A stretch of 64,000 nucleotides of DNA, taken from NCBI GenBank assembly GCA_963806225.1, contig CAWDXG010000004.1:2880001-2944000 (forward strand), written 5' to 3'. Below are positions 19,321 to 28,528 of this stretch, in pieces. The notes below the pieces were generated by a model. It did no database searches. It had not been told where the DNA came from and saw only the letters and a program-made list of their open reading frames with translations. Numbering within the stretch: the first letter of the stretch is position 1; each line of letters starts with the position of its first letter. The translations under genes were made by a program, and so were the position numbers. Origin of the DNA: an uncultured delta proteobacterium. Its GTDB lineage: Bacteria > Myxococcota_A > Polyangia > Polyangiales > Polyangiaceae.

Positions 19321-21111
19321 ATGGCAAACGACATCGTGATTGGCATGGCGGGCTCGGGCGGGGACGGCATCGTCAGTGCGGGCGAGTCACTGATCTCCGC
19401 GGCAGCCATCGAGGGCTACCACGCGATCATGACCAAGAGCTTCGGCTCCCAGATCCGCGGTGGCGAGTCGTCCTGTCGCGTGCGTCTGTCCACGGATCGG
19501 ATCTACAACCCCGGCGGCATGCTCGACCTGGCCGTCGCGCTCAACTGGGAGGATTTCCTCCGCTTCGGCGCCGAGCTGCCCGTGGACGGCTCGACGGTGG
19601 TCGTCTACGAGTCGAAAACCGGCGTGGCGCCCGACAACCTGCCCCTCGCGGGCGTCGTGCCGCACGAGGTTTTCGCCGTCCCGATCGGCGAAATGGCTCG
19701 CAAGGCGACGGGCAACGACAAGGCCAAGAACACGGTCGTGCTCGGCCTGATCGCCGGCTGGTTCGACATCGCGCGCGAAGCGATTCTCCAGGGCTTGCGC
19801 AAGAAGCTAGGGAGGAAGGGCGCGGAGGTCGTGGCCGCCAACGAGAAGGCGTTCGAGCTCGGCGAACAATTCGCGCGCGACAATCCGCTGAAGGTGCTGC
19901 GCACGATGGAACGCCCGGCAGTGGTCGAGAAGAAGGCCCTGACCGATGGCAACGACATGTGCGCCGTCGCGGCGCTCTTCGCCGGTTGCGACTTCTTCAG
20001 CGGCTACCCCATCACGCCGTCCACGGAGGTGATGCAGCTGTTCACGCGTGAAGTCTGGAAGTACGGCGGCGCTGTGCTGCAGGCGGAGGACGAGATCGCC
20101 GGCATCGGCGCTGCGCTGGGCGCGTCGTATGCGGGCCACAAGGCGATGACCGCCACGTCCGGTCCGGGCCTGTCGCTGAAGACAGAGATGATGGGGCTCG
20201 CCAGCATCGCCGAGCTGCCGCTTGTGATCGTGGACGTGCAGCGCGGCGGCCCGTCCACGGGTTTGCCGACCAAGCCCGAGCAGTCCGACCTGTTCGCGGC
20301 GGCGTTCAGCGGCCATGGCGACGTGCTGCGTCCCGTGCTCGCGCCCACGACGGTCGCCGACACGTTCAACGTCACGGTCGAAGCCTTCAACATGGCGGAG
20401 ACGTACCAGACGCCGGTCCTGATCCTGTCCGATCAGGAGATCGCGCAGCGCAAGGAGACGGTCCAGGCCATCGACCCCTCTCGCTACAAGATCGAAAGCC
20501 GCCGTCAGCCGCGCGGCGACGAGCTCGTGGACTACTCGCGCTTCCGCATCAACGAGTCCGGCATCAGCCCCATGAGTCATCCGGGCATGCCCGGCGGCAA
20601 CTACCTGGCCGCGGGTATCGAGCACAGCGAGCACGGGGATCCGACCGTCAACGGCGAGGTGCACGCGAAGATGAACGCCAAGCGGTTCTCCAAGCTCGAC
20701 CCCATCCTGCACCGCAAGGACCTCTTCATCTTCGAGGGCAATCCGAGCGCGCCGCTCGCGCTCCTCAGCTGGGGCAGCTCCGCCGGCGTGTGTCGCGAGG
20801 CGCTGGCCCGCGCCACTGCCGAAGGGCTCGACTGCAAGCTCTTGATCCCGTACCTGGTCTATCCCGTCGCCGAGAAGATCTACGCCGACTTCTTCGCCTC
20901 GGTGCAAGCGGGCCTGTTCGTGGAACTGTCGCACCAGGGGCAGCTCTATCGCATCCTGCGCATGTTCGTGGACGTGCCGGAGGGCATGCACACTTTCCTG
21001 CGTAGCGGTGCCAATCCGTTCCAGCCCGTCGAGATCGTGGCGCGGCTTCGCGAAGCGGCGGTGACCTTGCAACACTCCCACGCCAGCAATCAGCCTCCGG
21101 CGGAGGAATAG
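19321..21111 (+). CDS. korA: 2-oxoacid:ferredoxin oxidoreductase alpha subunit (gamma-alpha fusion)
   Basis: GSGGDG...SQIRGGES, YPITP, EDE, TATSGPG, QRGGPSTGLPT motifs. Confidence 0.95.
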   Translation: MANDIVIGMAGSGGDGIVSAGESLISAAAIEGYHAIMTKSFGSQIRGGESSCRVRLSTDRIYNPGGMLDLAVALNWEDFLRFGAELPVDGSTVVVYESKTGVAPDNLPLAGVVPHEVFAVPIGEMARKATGNDKAKNTVVLGLIAGWFDIAREAILQGLRKKLGRKGAEVVAANEKAFELGEQFARDNPLKVLRTMERPAVVEKKALTDGNDMCAVAALFAGCDFFSGYPITPSTEVMQLFTREVWKYGGAVLQAEDEIAGIGAALGASYAGHKAMTATSGPGLSLKTEMMGLASIAELPLVIVDVQRGGPSTGLPTKPEQSDLFAAAFSGHGDVLRPVLAPTTVADTFNVTVEAFNMAETYQTPVLILSDQEIAQRKETVQAIDPSRYKIESRRQPRGDELVDYSRFRINESGISPMSHPGMPGGNYLAAGIEHSEHGDPTVNGEVHAKMNAKRFSKLDPILHRKDLFIFEGNPSAPLALLSWGSSAGVCREALARATAEGLDCKLLIPYLVYPVAEKIYADFFASVQAGLFVELSHQGQLYRILRMFVDVPEGMHTFLRSGANPFQPVEIVARLREAAVTLQHSHASNQPPAEE

Positions 21112-21116
21112 CTCCC

Positions 21117-22013
21117 ATGACGATGTCCCACCCCCAGCCCGTCCCTGCCCGCAACATCATCTCCGCCAAGGACTACAAGAGCGATCTGAAGCCGATCTGG
21201 TGCCCCGGCTGCGGGGACTTCGGCGTGTTGCAGGCGCTGTGTCGCGCGCTGTCTGCCATCGGCCGGGCGCCGCACGAGATCGCCTTCGTGTCGGGCATCG
21301 GCTGCTCGAGCCGCATCCCGGGCTACACGACTGCCTACGGCTTCAACAGCGTGCACGGCCGCGCCCTGCCCATCGCGCAGGGCATCAAGCTGTCCTCGCC
21401 GGATCTGCTCGTCATCGCAGCGGGCGGCGACGGCGACGGCTTCTCCATCGGCGGCGGACACGTGCCCCACGCGATCCGGCGCAACCTCGACATCACGTAT
21501 CTGGTCATGGATAACCAGATCTACGGCTTGACCAAGGGTCAGCTCTCGCCGACCTCGCCGAAGGGGCTGAAGACGGTCACGTCGACCTACGGCAGCCTGG
21601 AAGAGCCGGTGAACCCGCTGCTCTACGCGCTCGCCTACGGGGGCGGCTTCATCGCCCAGGGTAGCCCCGCGGACATGGCCGGCTTGGCCGACCTGTGCGA
21701 GCAGGCAATCCGCTATCCGGGCTTCTCGTTCGTGAACGTGCGCTCGCCGTGCGTGACCTTCGGCGAGGACACCGATCAGGTCAAAGCACAACGCGCCAAG
21801 CTCAAGCCGCTCGCCGGCCTCGGTCACGATCCGACCGACCGTCTCGCCGCCATGGGCTACGCGCAGGACCCCAGCGAGGCGCTGTACACGGGCGTCTTCT
21901 ACAAGAACCCCGAGCCACCGCCGACCTTCGGCGACATGGTCCGCGAACGTCAGCAGGAGCTCGGCGCGAGCCCGCTGCCACGCGAGCGCGCCCTCGACCT
22001 GCTCAAGAAGTAG
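21117..22013 (+). CDS. korB: 2-oxoacid:ferredoxin oxidoreductase beta subunit
   Basis: WCPGCGD, SGIGCS, HGR, GGDGD TPP-binding motif, NQIYGLTKGQ, SPCVTF. Confidence 0.95.
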   Translation: MTMSHPQPVPARNIISAKDYKSDLKPIWCPGCGDFGVLQALCRALSAIGRAPHEIAFVSGIGCSSRIPGYTTAYGFNSVHGRALPIAQGIKLSSPDLLVIAAGGDGDGFSIGGGHVPHAIRRNLDITYLVMDNQIYGLTKGQLSPTSPKGLKTVTSTYGSLEEPVNPLLYALAYGGGFIAQGSPADMAGLADLCEQAIRYPGFSFVNVRSPCVTFGEDTDQVKAQRAKLKPLAGLGHDPTDRLAAMGYAQDPSEALYTGVFYKNPEPPPTFGDMVRERQQELGASPLPRERALDLLKK

Positions 22014-22035
22014 CCCCAACAAGGAGGCCGCCAAG

Positions 22036-22563
22036 ATGGGAACCACCCGATCTATCGACTTTGCCGCTCTCTCCCTCCGCGACGCCCTCGACCTCGCCGT
22101 GCTGATCGAGGAAGAAGCCGCGGAGCGCTACGAGGAATTCACCGATCAGATGGTGAAGCACGATAGCGAGGAGGCCGCCGCGTTCTTCCGCGTCATGCGC
22201 AAGAACGAGCAGCGACACATGGAGCAGCTACTCGCGCGGCGCATCGAGTATTTCGGATCGCAGCCGCGCGAGGTGACGCGCGAGATGCTGTTCGACATCG
22301 AAGCGCCCGAGTACGACGAGGTGCGCGCGTTCATGTCCGAGCGGGCGGCGCTCGAGACCGCGCTTCGCGCCGAGGAGAAGGCCCACGCGTTCTTCGTATC
22401 GGCGCTCCGGATCGCGATGAACCCCGACGTGCGTGCGCTGTTCGAAGCGCTGCGCGCCGAGGAAGTCACGCACCAGGAGCTGGTCAAGAAAGAGATCGAA
22501 AGGCTCGGCCCGGAGGGGCTGCTCACCACCGAAGACGTCGCCGACGAACCCGTCGCCCACTGA
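22036..22563 (+). CDS. Rubrerythrin-like ferritin-family di-iron protein
   Basis: Twice-repeated E...ExxH (IEEEA...NEQRH; AEEKA...EEVTH); RBS AAGGAGG; no rubredoxin domain. Confidence 0.85.
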   Translation: MGTTRSIDFAALSLRDALDLAVLIEEEAAERYEEFTDQMVKHDSEEAAAFFRVMRKNEQRHMEQLLARRIEYFGSQPREVTREMLFDIEAPEYDEVRAFMSERAALETALRAEEKAHAFFVSALRIAMNPDVRALFEALRAEEVTHQELVKKEIERLGPEGLLTTEDVADEPVAH

Positions 22564-22600
22564 GCTTACGGATTCTGGTTGTCGGTCGGGCGCGGTATCG

Positions 22601-22705
22601 TCAGGTCGCGCGTTCGCCGATGACGCAGAACCCGTTTCCGAACGGATCGGCGCAGAACGCGGCGGGCTTCGGTCCCTCGGTCCGGAATTCGTTCTCGGTT
22701 GCGCT
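22601..22705 (-). pseudogene. C-terminal fragment of a VOC/glyoxalase-family gene
   Basis: Manual translation ...AAFCADPFGNGFCVIGERAT*, matching the DPFGxxFC end motif of VOC proteins. Confidence 0.4.
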
Positions 22706-22762
22706 CTAGGGCCCTGCCTTGACAGACAGCAGTGTCGTGCGAATGGTCATACCATCGAGGTA

Positions 22763-23354
22763 ATGCATCTTGGGCTCCCGCATTGTGCTGTGTCCCCACG
22801 GCCTGCCACATGCGCCCGACGTGCGCGAGCAGTGTTGCGACCTGCTCCTGCGCGGCGGCGGCGACCTGCAACGGGTGTTCGAAGCGAATCCCGGCGGCAT
22901 CGGTCGGTTCGCGGCTCACGTTGCGCGCATCGGTGACCTCGACTCCGGCGACGGCCCCCTGGTCCTTCTGCACCGCACCAACCCGCTCGGCCTGACCATC
23001 CTGCGCACGCGCCGCGCTCTCGAGGAAGAAGTCCCCAGGCTTGGCAGGGCGTCGTGGCTCGTGTTCATCGACGAGAAGGACGACCCCTTCTTCCTCGACG
23101 CTGCGTCCCGCGTGGGTGGGTTCGACCGGGAGCTCGATGCGCTTCCGATCTGGTCGGCGCCGGACCTGCATCGGTTTCTGGTCGTCTCCCGCCAGAACGG
23201 GGATCTGACCCGGATGAAAGAGCGGCTCGCCGAGCTCCAGGGCGAGCGGCCCCCGTCCGACGCCGCAACGGGCGCCGAGCCCGCCGAAGGCGATCCCGCG
23301 GCGACGCCTTGCCCCGGCGACGACAGCTCCGTCGACGACGCGTCGCTGCTGTAA
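22763..23354 (+). CDS. Hypothetical protein (probable +1 frameshift near 22773)
   Basis: GAGG RBS and ATG 22763; removing one G of GGG 22772-22774 joins MHL to ORF 22770..23354; codon usage is coding-like. Confidence 0.5.
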
Positions 23355-23402
23355 CTCGACTAGCGCGGGGCAGCGGGCGCCAGCCAGCCGCGCGCGGAAG
23401 CG

Positions 23403-24653
23403 CTACGGCTGAACTGACCGACGCTGCACGACCAGGCCGGGCCGCGCGAACACCAGGTCGGCCGTGCCGAAGCCCGGCTCCACCAACCTCGGACCGAAGC
23501 CGGTCACGTCCGTGCGCCGCAGCATGAGCAATCGGTACACGCCGGCCGCCCGCACGTCGCCCGCGAGGCGGAACCCCACGATACGCCCGTCGGTCAAGAA
23601 CAGCTTGCGGAGCGAATCGCCTTCGCGCAGCCGGAGCTCCTCGTCGCCGCTTTGCGCCCCGACAGCTATCACCGGCAGGCCGACATGCTTCAGGCTGTTC
23701 ATCGACTCGGCACCCGCGTAGCGCACGCCGTATCCGAGCAGATTGTAGGCGGCGACCTGCCCCTGCTCTACGGCATTCGGGAAGATGGCGTGCACGTAGC
23801 GCTCCCCGGTGAGACGGTCGCGCGTCTCGGCGACGTCGCCGACGGCGTACACGTCGGCAATGTTGGTGAGGAGCGCATCGTCGACGGTCAGGCCCCAGCG
23901 CGCGTCGAAGCCCGCGCCCTCGAGGAACTCGAGGTTCGGTTTCACGCCGGTAGCGGCGACGAAGATTTCCCCGGGGATGACCTCGCCCGACTCGAGCTCG
24001 ACGCGCTCCGCCCTGCCGTGTCCGGCAAACGCCGCCGCTCGCGTCTCGAGCCGGAGCACAATGCCACGCCGTTCGAGCTCCGCGGCGACGATACCGGCCG
24101 TTTCCGCATCGAGCATGCGGGGCATCACGCGATCGAGCGCCTCGACCATCGTCACGGACAGCCCGAGCTCGCCGAGCAGCATCGCGACCTCGACGCCAAT
24201 GAAGCCAGCGCCGACGATGACCGCCCTGCGCGCTTCGCCGCGGCGCGCGCGCTCCACAAGCTCCGACGCCGCGCGTAGCGACTTGAAGTTCGACACACCC
24301 GTGAGCGCCGCTCCCTCGATAGGGGCGAAGAGCCGGCTGCCCGACGCGATGACGAGGCGGTCGTAGGTAATCGGGCTGCCTTCGTCGAGCTCGACGCGGC
24401 GCGCTTCGGGCTGGATGCGCCGCACGCTCGTTCCGGCGCGGAAGTCGAGCTCCAGGCGCTCGCAGATGTCGCGCCCCTTCCAGAACAACGTCTGCTCGCG
24501 ACCGGTCAGGAAGTAGTCGGCGAGCGCGGGCGGCGCGTACGGCGGGTCGGGCTCCGCGGAGAGCATCGTGATACCGATGCTGCGATCATGGCGCCGTAGC
24601 GTCTCCGCGACAGTTAGCCCCGCGGGACCCGCACCGATGATCACGACGCGCAT
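23403..24653 (-). CDS. FAD-dependent NAD(P)H oxidoreductase, CODH-associated type
   Basis: MRVVIIGAGPAG, YDRLVIASGS, IVGAGFIGVE, VYAVGD; start overlaps the cooC end. Confidence 0.9.
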   Translation of the reverse strand: MRVVIIGAGPAGLTVAETLRRHDRSIGITMLSAEPDPPYAPPALADYFLTGREQTLFWKGRDICERLELDFRAGTSVRRIQPEARRVELDEGSPITYDRLVIASGSRLFAPIEGAALTGVSNFKSLRAASELVERARRGEARRAVIVGAGFIGVEVAMLLGELGLSVTMVEALDRVMPRMLDAETAGIVAAELERRGIVLRLETRAAAFAGHGRAERVELESGEVIPGEIFVAATGVKPNLEFLEGAGFDARWGLTVDDALLTNIADVYAVGDVAETRDRLTGERYVHAIFPNAVEQGQVAAYNLLGYGVRYAGAESMNSLKHVGLPVIAVGAQSGDEELRLREGDSLRKLFLTDGRIVGFRLAGDVRAAGVYRLLMLRRTDVTGFGPRLVEPGFGTADLVFARPGLVVQRRSVQP

Positions 24654-25549
24654 GCAAGCTCGCCTTCGCGCTGGATCAGCGCGTCGCCCAACGCCGAGAC
24701 GGCCGCCACCAGCGGCGAGCCCGTGCTCTGCAGCAGCGGACCGACCGCGGGCTCGATCGCGAGCAGACGCTCGTCGTAGGGCAGGTAGTGTTCCGACGCG
24801 AACGAGAAGCCGCCCTCGTCGGCGATCAGCCGCCCGACCTTGTCCACGTCGTGTCCGCCACGCACGCGATTGACCACCAGGTGCACCGCGGGGATGCCGA
24901 GCTCCCGCGACAGCCGCGCGGCGTGTAGCGCCACCTGCACGCCGTTGAAGGTCGGGTCGGTGACCACGGCCGCATGACGGAACCCCTTGGCCAGCGCGCG
25001 CCCGAAGTGTTCCACGCCGGCCTGCGTATCCATCAGGATGGCCTCGTTCTTCCGCAGGTTCATCGCGTCGACCACCGACGCGAGCAACGAGTTTTCCGGG
25101 CACAGGCAGCCCGCGGCGGGCTGCACGAGCGTGCCCATCACCAGCAGGTTCACGTCGTCGGGCCCCACGACGCCGAAGCGCTCGACAACGTCGCGCACAT
25201 CGGGGTTCAGCCGGAAGAACAGACCCCACCCCGAGCCAGGCCGCGCACCCGTCTTCTCCTCGACATACTCCGGGTTCTGGCTCAGCGGCACCAGCCGCCG
25301 CGCCTGCTCCGGAGGAATCCCGAGCGCGTAGGGCAGATTCATCTGCGGGTCCGAGTCGAGGGCCAGCACGCGATACGCCCGCCGCGACAAGAGCCTCGCC
25401 AGCATCGCCGTCAGGCTCGTCTTCCCGACGCCGCCCTTGCCGGTGATGACGACGCGAAACTGGTCCGGCGAGGCGTGCACATGGCTGTGCCGGTGGCCGT
25501 GCTCGTGCTCATGCGAATGGTCGTGGGAGTGACCGGGGGTGTCACACAT
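24641..25549 (-). CDS. cooC: CODH nickel-insertion ATPase CooC with His-rich N-terminus
   Basis: GKGGVGKT, DSDPQMNL, GCLCPEN (CxC Ni site), DTQAGVEHFGR; N-terminus HSHDHSHEHEHGHRHSHVH. Confidence 0.92.
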   Translation of the reverse strand: MCDTPGHSHDHSHEHEHGHRHSHVHASPDQFRVVITGKGGVGKTSLTAMLARLLSRRAYRVLALDSDPQMNLPYALGIPPEQARRLVPLSQNPEYVEEKTGARPGSGWGLFFRLNPDVRDVVERFGVVGPDDVNLLVMGTLVQPAAGCLCPENSLLASVVDAMNLRKNEAILMDTQAGVEHFGRALAKGFRHAAVVTDPTFNGVQVALHAARLSRELGIPAVHLVVNRVRGGHDVDKVGRLIADEGGFSFASEHYLPYDERLLAIEPAVGPLLQSTGSPLVAAVSALGDALIQREGELACAS

Positions 25550-25563
25550 GGGTGTTCTTCCTT

Positions 25564-27501
25564 CTACTCGGCAGCCTGCGCGTGACCGGGTGGGTGGATC
25601 GAGCTCGGCTCGATGAACGGCAGGCCTAGCGCTTTGCGCTTCTCTTCGATGTGGCGCCGGATCAGCACGGCGGCCTTCTCCGGGTCGGGCTCCACCGCGA
25701 AGCTCGCCCCCACCACGTCGTCCAGCCCGCCGGCGAGCAAGCCGACGACGTTCTTGCTGCCGAAGATGGCGGGCTGCACGCCGAGCACGGTGTAGATGCC
25801 ACTGGCGACAACGTACGCGCCAATCGAGACGGCCTTTTCCGAGTACCACTCGGGCGCGGCGCCCGCGAGCGGCAGCTGATCGATGTCGACTCCGAGATGC
25901 TTCGCCAGCGCGGCGGCCAGCACCAGGATGCGCGTGTTGTCGACGCACGAACCCATGTGGAGCACCGGCGGGATCTTCAAGGCCTGGCAGACGGCCCCGA
26001 GTCCCTGCCCCGCCAGCTTCGCGCCCTCGGGCACCATCTGTCCGGCCTTGCCGTTCGCCACGGCGGCGCAGCCCGTCACCAGCACCAGTATGTCGTTTTC
26101 GATCAGGCGCCGCGTGAGCGTGACATGACCGTAGTCCTGCGGGATCTTCGGGTTGTTGCAGCCGACGACGCCGACGGCCCCGCGGATGCTGCCCTTTGCG
26201 ATGGCGTCGACCAGCGGTGCGGGAGTGCCGCCCAGCGCACCGAGGATCGCCTCGACCGAGAAGCCGGCCATCATCTTGACCGGCTCGCCGGGAATGCGGA
26301 CGCGGTCGGGATTGCGGTTCTCGTAGGCTTCGATGCCCTTCCGCACGATCTCCTTTCCGATTTCAATGCCGCGGTGCGGGTCGAACGAGATGTGCGTCGC
26401 GCCGGTGAACTTCGCCTTGTCGGCGGTGGAGATGACGGCGGTATGGAAGCACTTCGCCACGTCGACGATCGCCGGCATGATGCACTGGTAGTCGACGACC
26501 ATGGCGTCGAGCGCGCCGGTGATCAGCACCAGCTCCTGCATCAGGTGGTTGCCCGCCATCGGGATGCCCTTGCGCATCTGCAGCTCGTTGCCGGTGCAGC
26601 ACAGACCAACCAGGTTGATGCCGTCGGCACCCTTCTGTTTCGCGAGCGCCACCAGCTCTGGAGCCTCCGCGGCCTGAACGATCACGTCGGACAGCAGCGG
26701 ATTGTGCCCATGCAGAGCGATGTTCACGCTCTCCTTCTTGAGCACACCGAGATTCACCTGCGACATGTTGGGCTTGGGAGTACCGAACATCACGTCCGAG
26801 AGCTCCGTCGCGACCATCGAGCCGCCCCAGCCGTCGGACAGACTTGTCCTCAGGCCGTGCAAGAGGATGTTCACGTAGTCATTGTCGACGCCCATGTGCG
26901 TGCGGTGGAGCATCTCCACATTCTCGCGATCGATACCCCGCGGCATGATGCCGAGCTTCTTCCACAGCGCAGCCCGCTTTTCTGGAGCCCGCTCCGCGAA
27001 GCTGACGTGGTCCTTCCGGGAGCCGAAGTCCTCCATCAACGCCGACGCCAGGTCACGCGCGATGTCCTTGTCCGGGCGGCCGTCGACGGCGATGCCGTGC
27101 TCGCTCGCCAGGGCGTGGAGCTTGTCCGGGTCGCGGAGCTCGTAGCCGGTCGTCTGGCCCTCGGCGGTCTCGGCGAACACTTCGAGGATGTCGCGGCCGT
27201 GGTCCGAGTGTGCCGAGGCGCCGGCGGCTATCGTCCGACCCAGGTTGCGCGCAACGATGATGTCCGCATCGGCGCCGCACACGCCCTTCTGCGGCCCTTC
27301 GCCGAACGGATCGATGCGGCATGGGCCCATGGAGCAGTTGCGACAGCTCAGCCCGAGCGAGCAATAGCCACATTGTGGCTCCTGCGCGGCGAGGCGATCC
27401 CAGACGGTCTCGATACCCTCTTCACGCGCGCGCTCGATCATCGCCCGCGCGTCGGCGTGGATGCTGAGCTGATGCAACTCAGCGGGACGGCGCATGGTCA
27501 T
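25564..27501 (-). CDS. cooS: Anaerobic-type Ni,Fe carbon monoxide dehydrogenase catalytic subunit
   Basis: CGYCSLGLSCRNCSMGPC and GVCG (D/B clusters), AHSDHGR, C-cluster ligands HGHNP, LCCTGNE, DYQC, GCNN, TGC, GSCVD, catalytic Lys in SEKA. Confidence 0.96.
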   Translation of the reverse strand: MTMRRPAELHQLSIHADARAMIERAREEGIETVWDRLAAQEPQCGYCSLGLSCRNCSMGPCRIDPFGEGPQKGVCGADADIIVARNLGRTIAAGASAHSDHGRDILEVFAETAEGQTTGYELRDPDKLHALASEHGIAVDGRPDKDIARDLASALMEDFGSRKDHVSFAERAPEKRAALWKKLGIMPRGIDRENVEMLHRTHMGVDNDYVNILLHGLRTSLSDGWGGSMVATELSDVMFGTPKPNMSQVNLGVLKKESVNIALHGHNPLLSDVIVQAAEAPELVALAKQKGADGINLVGLCCTGNELQMRKGIPMAGNHLMQELVLITGALDAMVVDYQCIMPAIVDVAKCFHTAVISTADKAKFTGATHISFDPHRGIEIGKEIVRKGIEAYENRNPDRVRIPGEPVKMMAGFSVEAILGALGGTPAPLVDAIAKGSIRGAVGVVGCNNPKIPQDYGHVTLTRRLIENDILVLVTGCAAVANGKAGQMVPEGAKLAGQGLGAVCQALKIPPVLHMGSCVDNTRILVLAAALAKHLGVDIDQLPLAGAAPEWYSEKAVSIGAYVVASGIYTVLGVQPAIFGSKNVVGLLAGGLDDVVGASFAVEPDPEKAAVLIRRHIEEKRKALGLPFIEPSSIHPPGHAQAAE

Positions 27502-28123
27502 GGGAAACTCCCTCTGCCACGGAGGTGGCCTGTTCTCCCCAGCCCCGCCAGCCCAGCACGTTGTCCGGGGCGCCGGGTCGGGTCGGTTCCTGGGGTCGCG
27601 CGACGGTGAGCACCTGGGCGCTATCGCGCACGCGCCCCGCCTGGATGAGCTCGTTCAGATCACCGAATACCAGAGCACCAACCTTGCAGGTCTCGACGCA
27701 GGCCGGCTCGACCCCGCGCTGGACGCGTTCGATGCAGCCGTCACACTTGGTTGCGACAACCCTGGGCGCGTGGGCGCCGTTCTGCATGTGGAAGGTGACG
27801 GCGTCGAAGGGGCAGACCATCGCGCACATGGCGCAGGCGATGCACTTGCCCGTCTCGACGAGCACGAGGTTCTGCTCGGCATCGCGGAAGATGGCAGCCG
27901 TCGGGCACACCTGCTGGCAGGGCGCCGGATCGCAGTGACGGCACTTGTTCGGGAAGGAGCTATTGAACCACGGCCCCGCCTCGGCGTGGATGCGCGGGCT
28001 GGGCAGCGGCTCTTCGGAGAGTGCCAGCACCGGGTCCCGGCTCTTCGAGTGCTCGACGGCGCAGGCGTACTCGCACTGGCGGCAGCCGATGCAGCGCTCC
28101 GGATTGACGACGACGGTCTTCAT
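27479..28123 (-). CDS. cooF: CooF-type 4x[4Fe-4S] electron-transfer protein
   Basis: CIGCRQCEYAC, CRHCDPAPCQQVCP, CIACAMCAMVCP, KCDGC...PACVETC; RBS GGAGG; overlaps the cooS start. Confidence 0.92.
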   Translation of the reverse strand: MKTVVVNPERCIGCRQCEYACAVEHSKSRDPVLALSEEPLPSPRIHAEAGPWFNSSFPNKCRHCDPAPCQQVCPTAAIFRDAEQNLVLVETGKCIACAMCAMVCPFDAVTFHMQNGAHAPRVVATKCDGCIERVQRGVEPACVETCKVGALVFGDLNELIQAGRVRDSAQVLTVARPQEPTRPGAPDNVLGWRGWGEQATSVAEGVSHDHAPSR

Positions 28124-28173
28124 GCTGCCTCCGCAACGAAATGCACAAACCGTCCCGTTGCACTCCGGACGAC

Positions 28174-28189
28174 TGCATCTTCCGTGCCC
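28174..28189 (-). promoter_or_regulatory. Sigma54 (-24/-12) promoter of the coo operon
   Basis: Minus strand GGGCACGGAAGATGCA: GG-N10-GC with GGCACG core, about 50 bp before the cooF ATG. Confidence 0.65.
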
Positions 28190-28349
28190 TACGAGCGTGC
28201 GTATCGTTCGCGTGTTTGTGCGCCAATCGCGCGCAATCACTGCGCAGATCTCGGTCGAACAGCCCCCGGATTGCGCGCGCGTCGCGAGAAGGAGCTTGGC
28301 GAGGTCGCGTGACGATCACGGCCGGACGCGCTGCCGATCGTGACCGACG

Positions 28350-28476
28350 TCACGTGCTGCAGATCGTGCGGGCACGCATCCTCGCGCTCCTGCGACGCAA
28401 GCGCGTGATCGCCGACGACACCGTCACTGCCGACGGCGCGCTCGCCGAGAGCGAGCCCGCGCTCGCCGAGCTCGCT
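28350..28476 (+). mobile_element. IS91-family transposase remnant
   Basis: HVLQIVRARILALLRRKRVIADDTVTADGALAESEPALAELA aligns with DMLQIARTRILVLLRRKGVITDDTVSADAKLADSEPALAELA in the remnant at 57560-58070. Confidence 0.75.
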
Positions 28477-28528
28477 GATTCTGAACCGCGGCTGGGAGTT
28501 CCGTCTGGAAGAGTAGGCCGCGCAAGCG

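Noticed and set aside
25651..27609. 652-aa plus-strand ORF opposite cooS, and similar shadows such as 31303..33906 and 40742..42193
   Set aside because: Antisense to well-supported genes; Arg/Ala-rich composition without motifs.
19321..28123. Wood-Ljungdahl pathway or autotrophic rTCA claim
   Set aside because: No acsB, corrinoid protein or citrate lyase genes in the window; korAB and cooS alone do not show carbon fixation.
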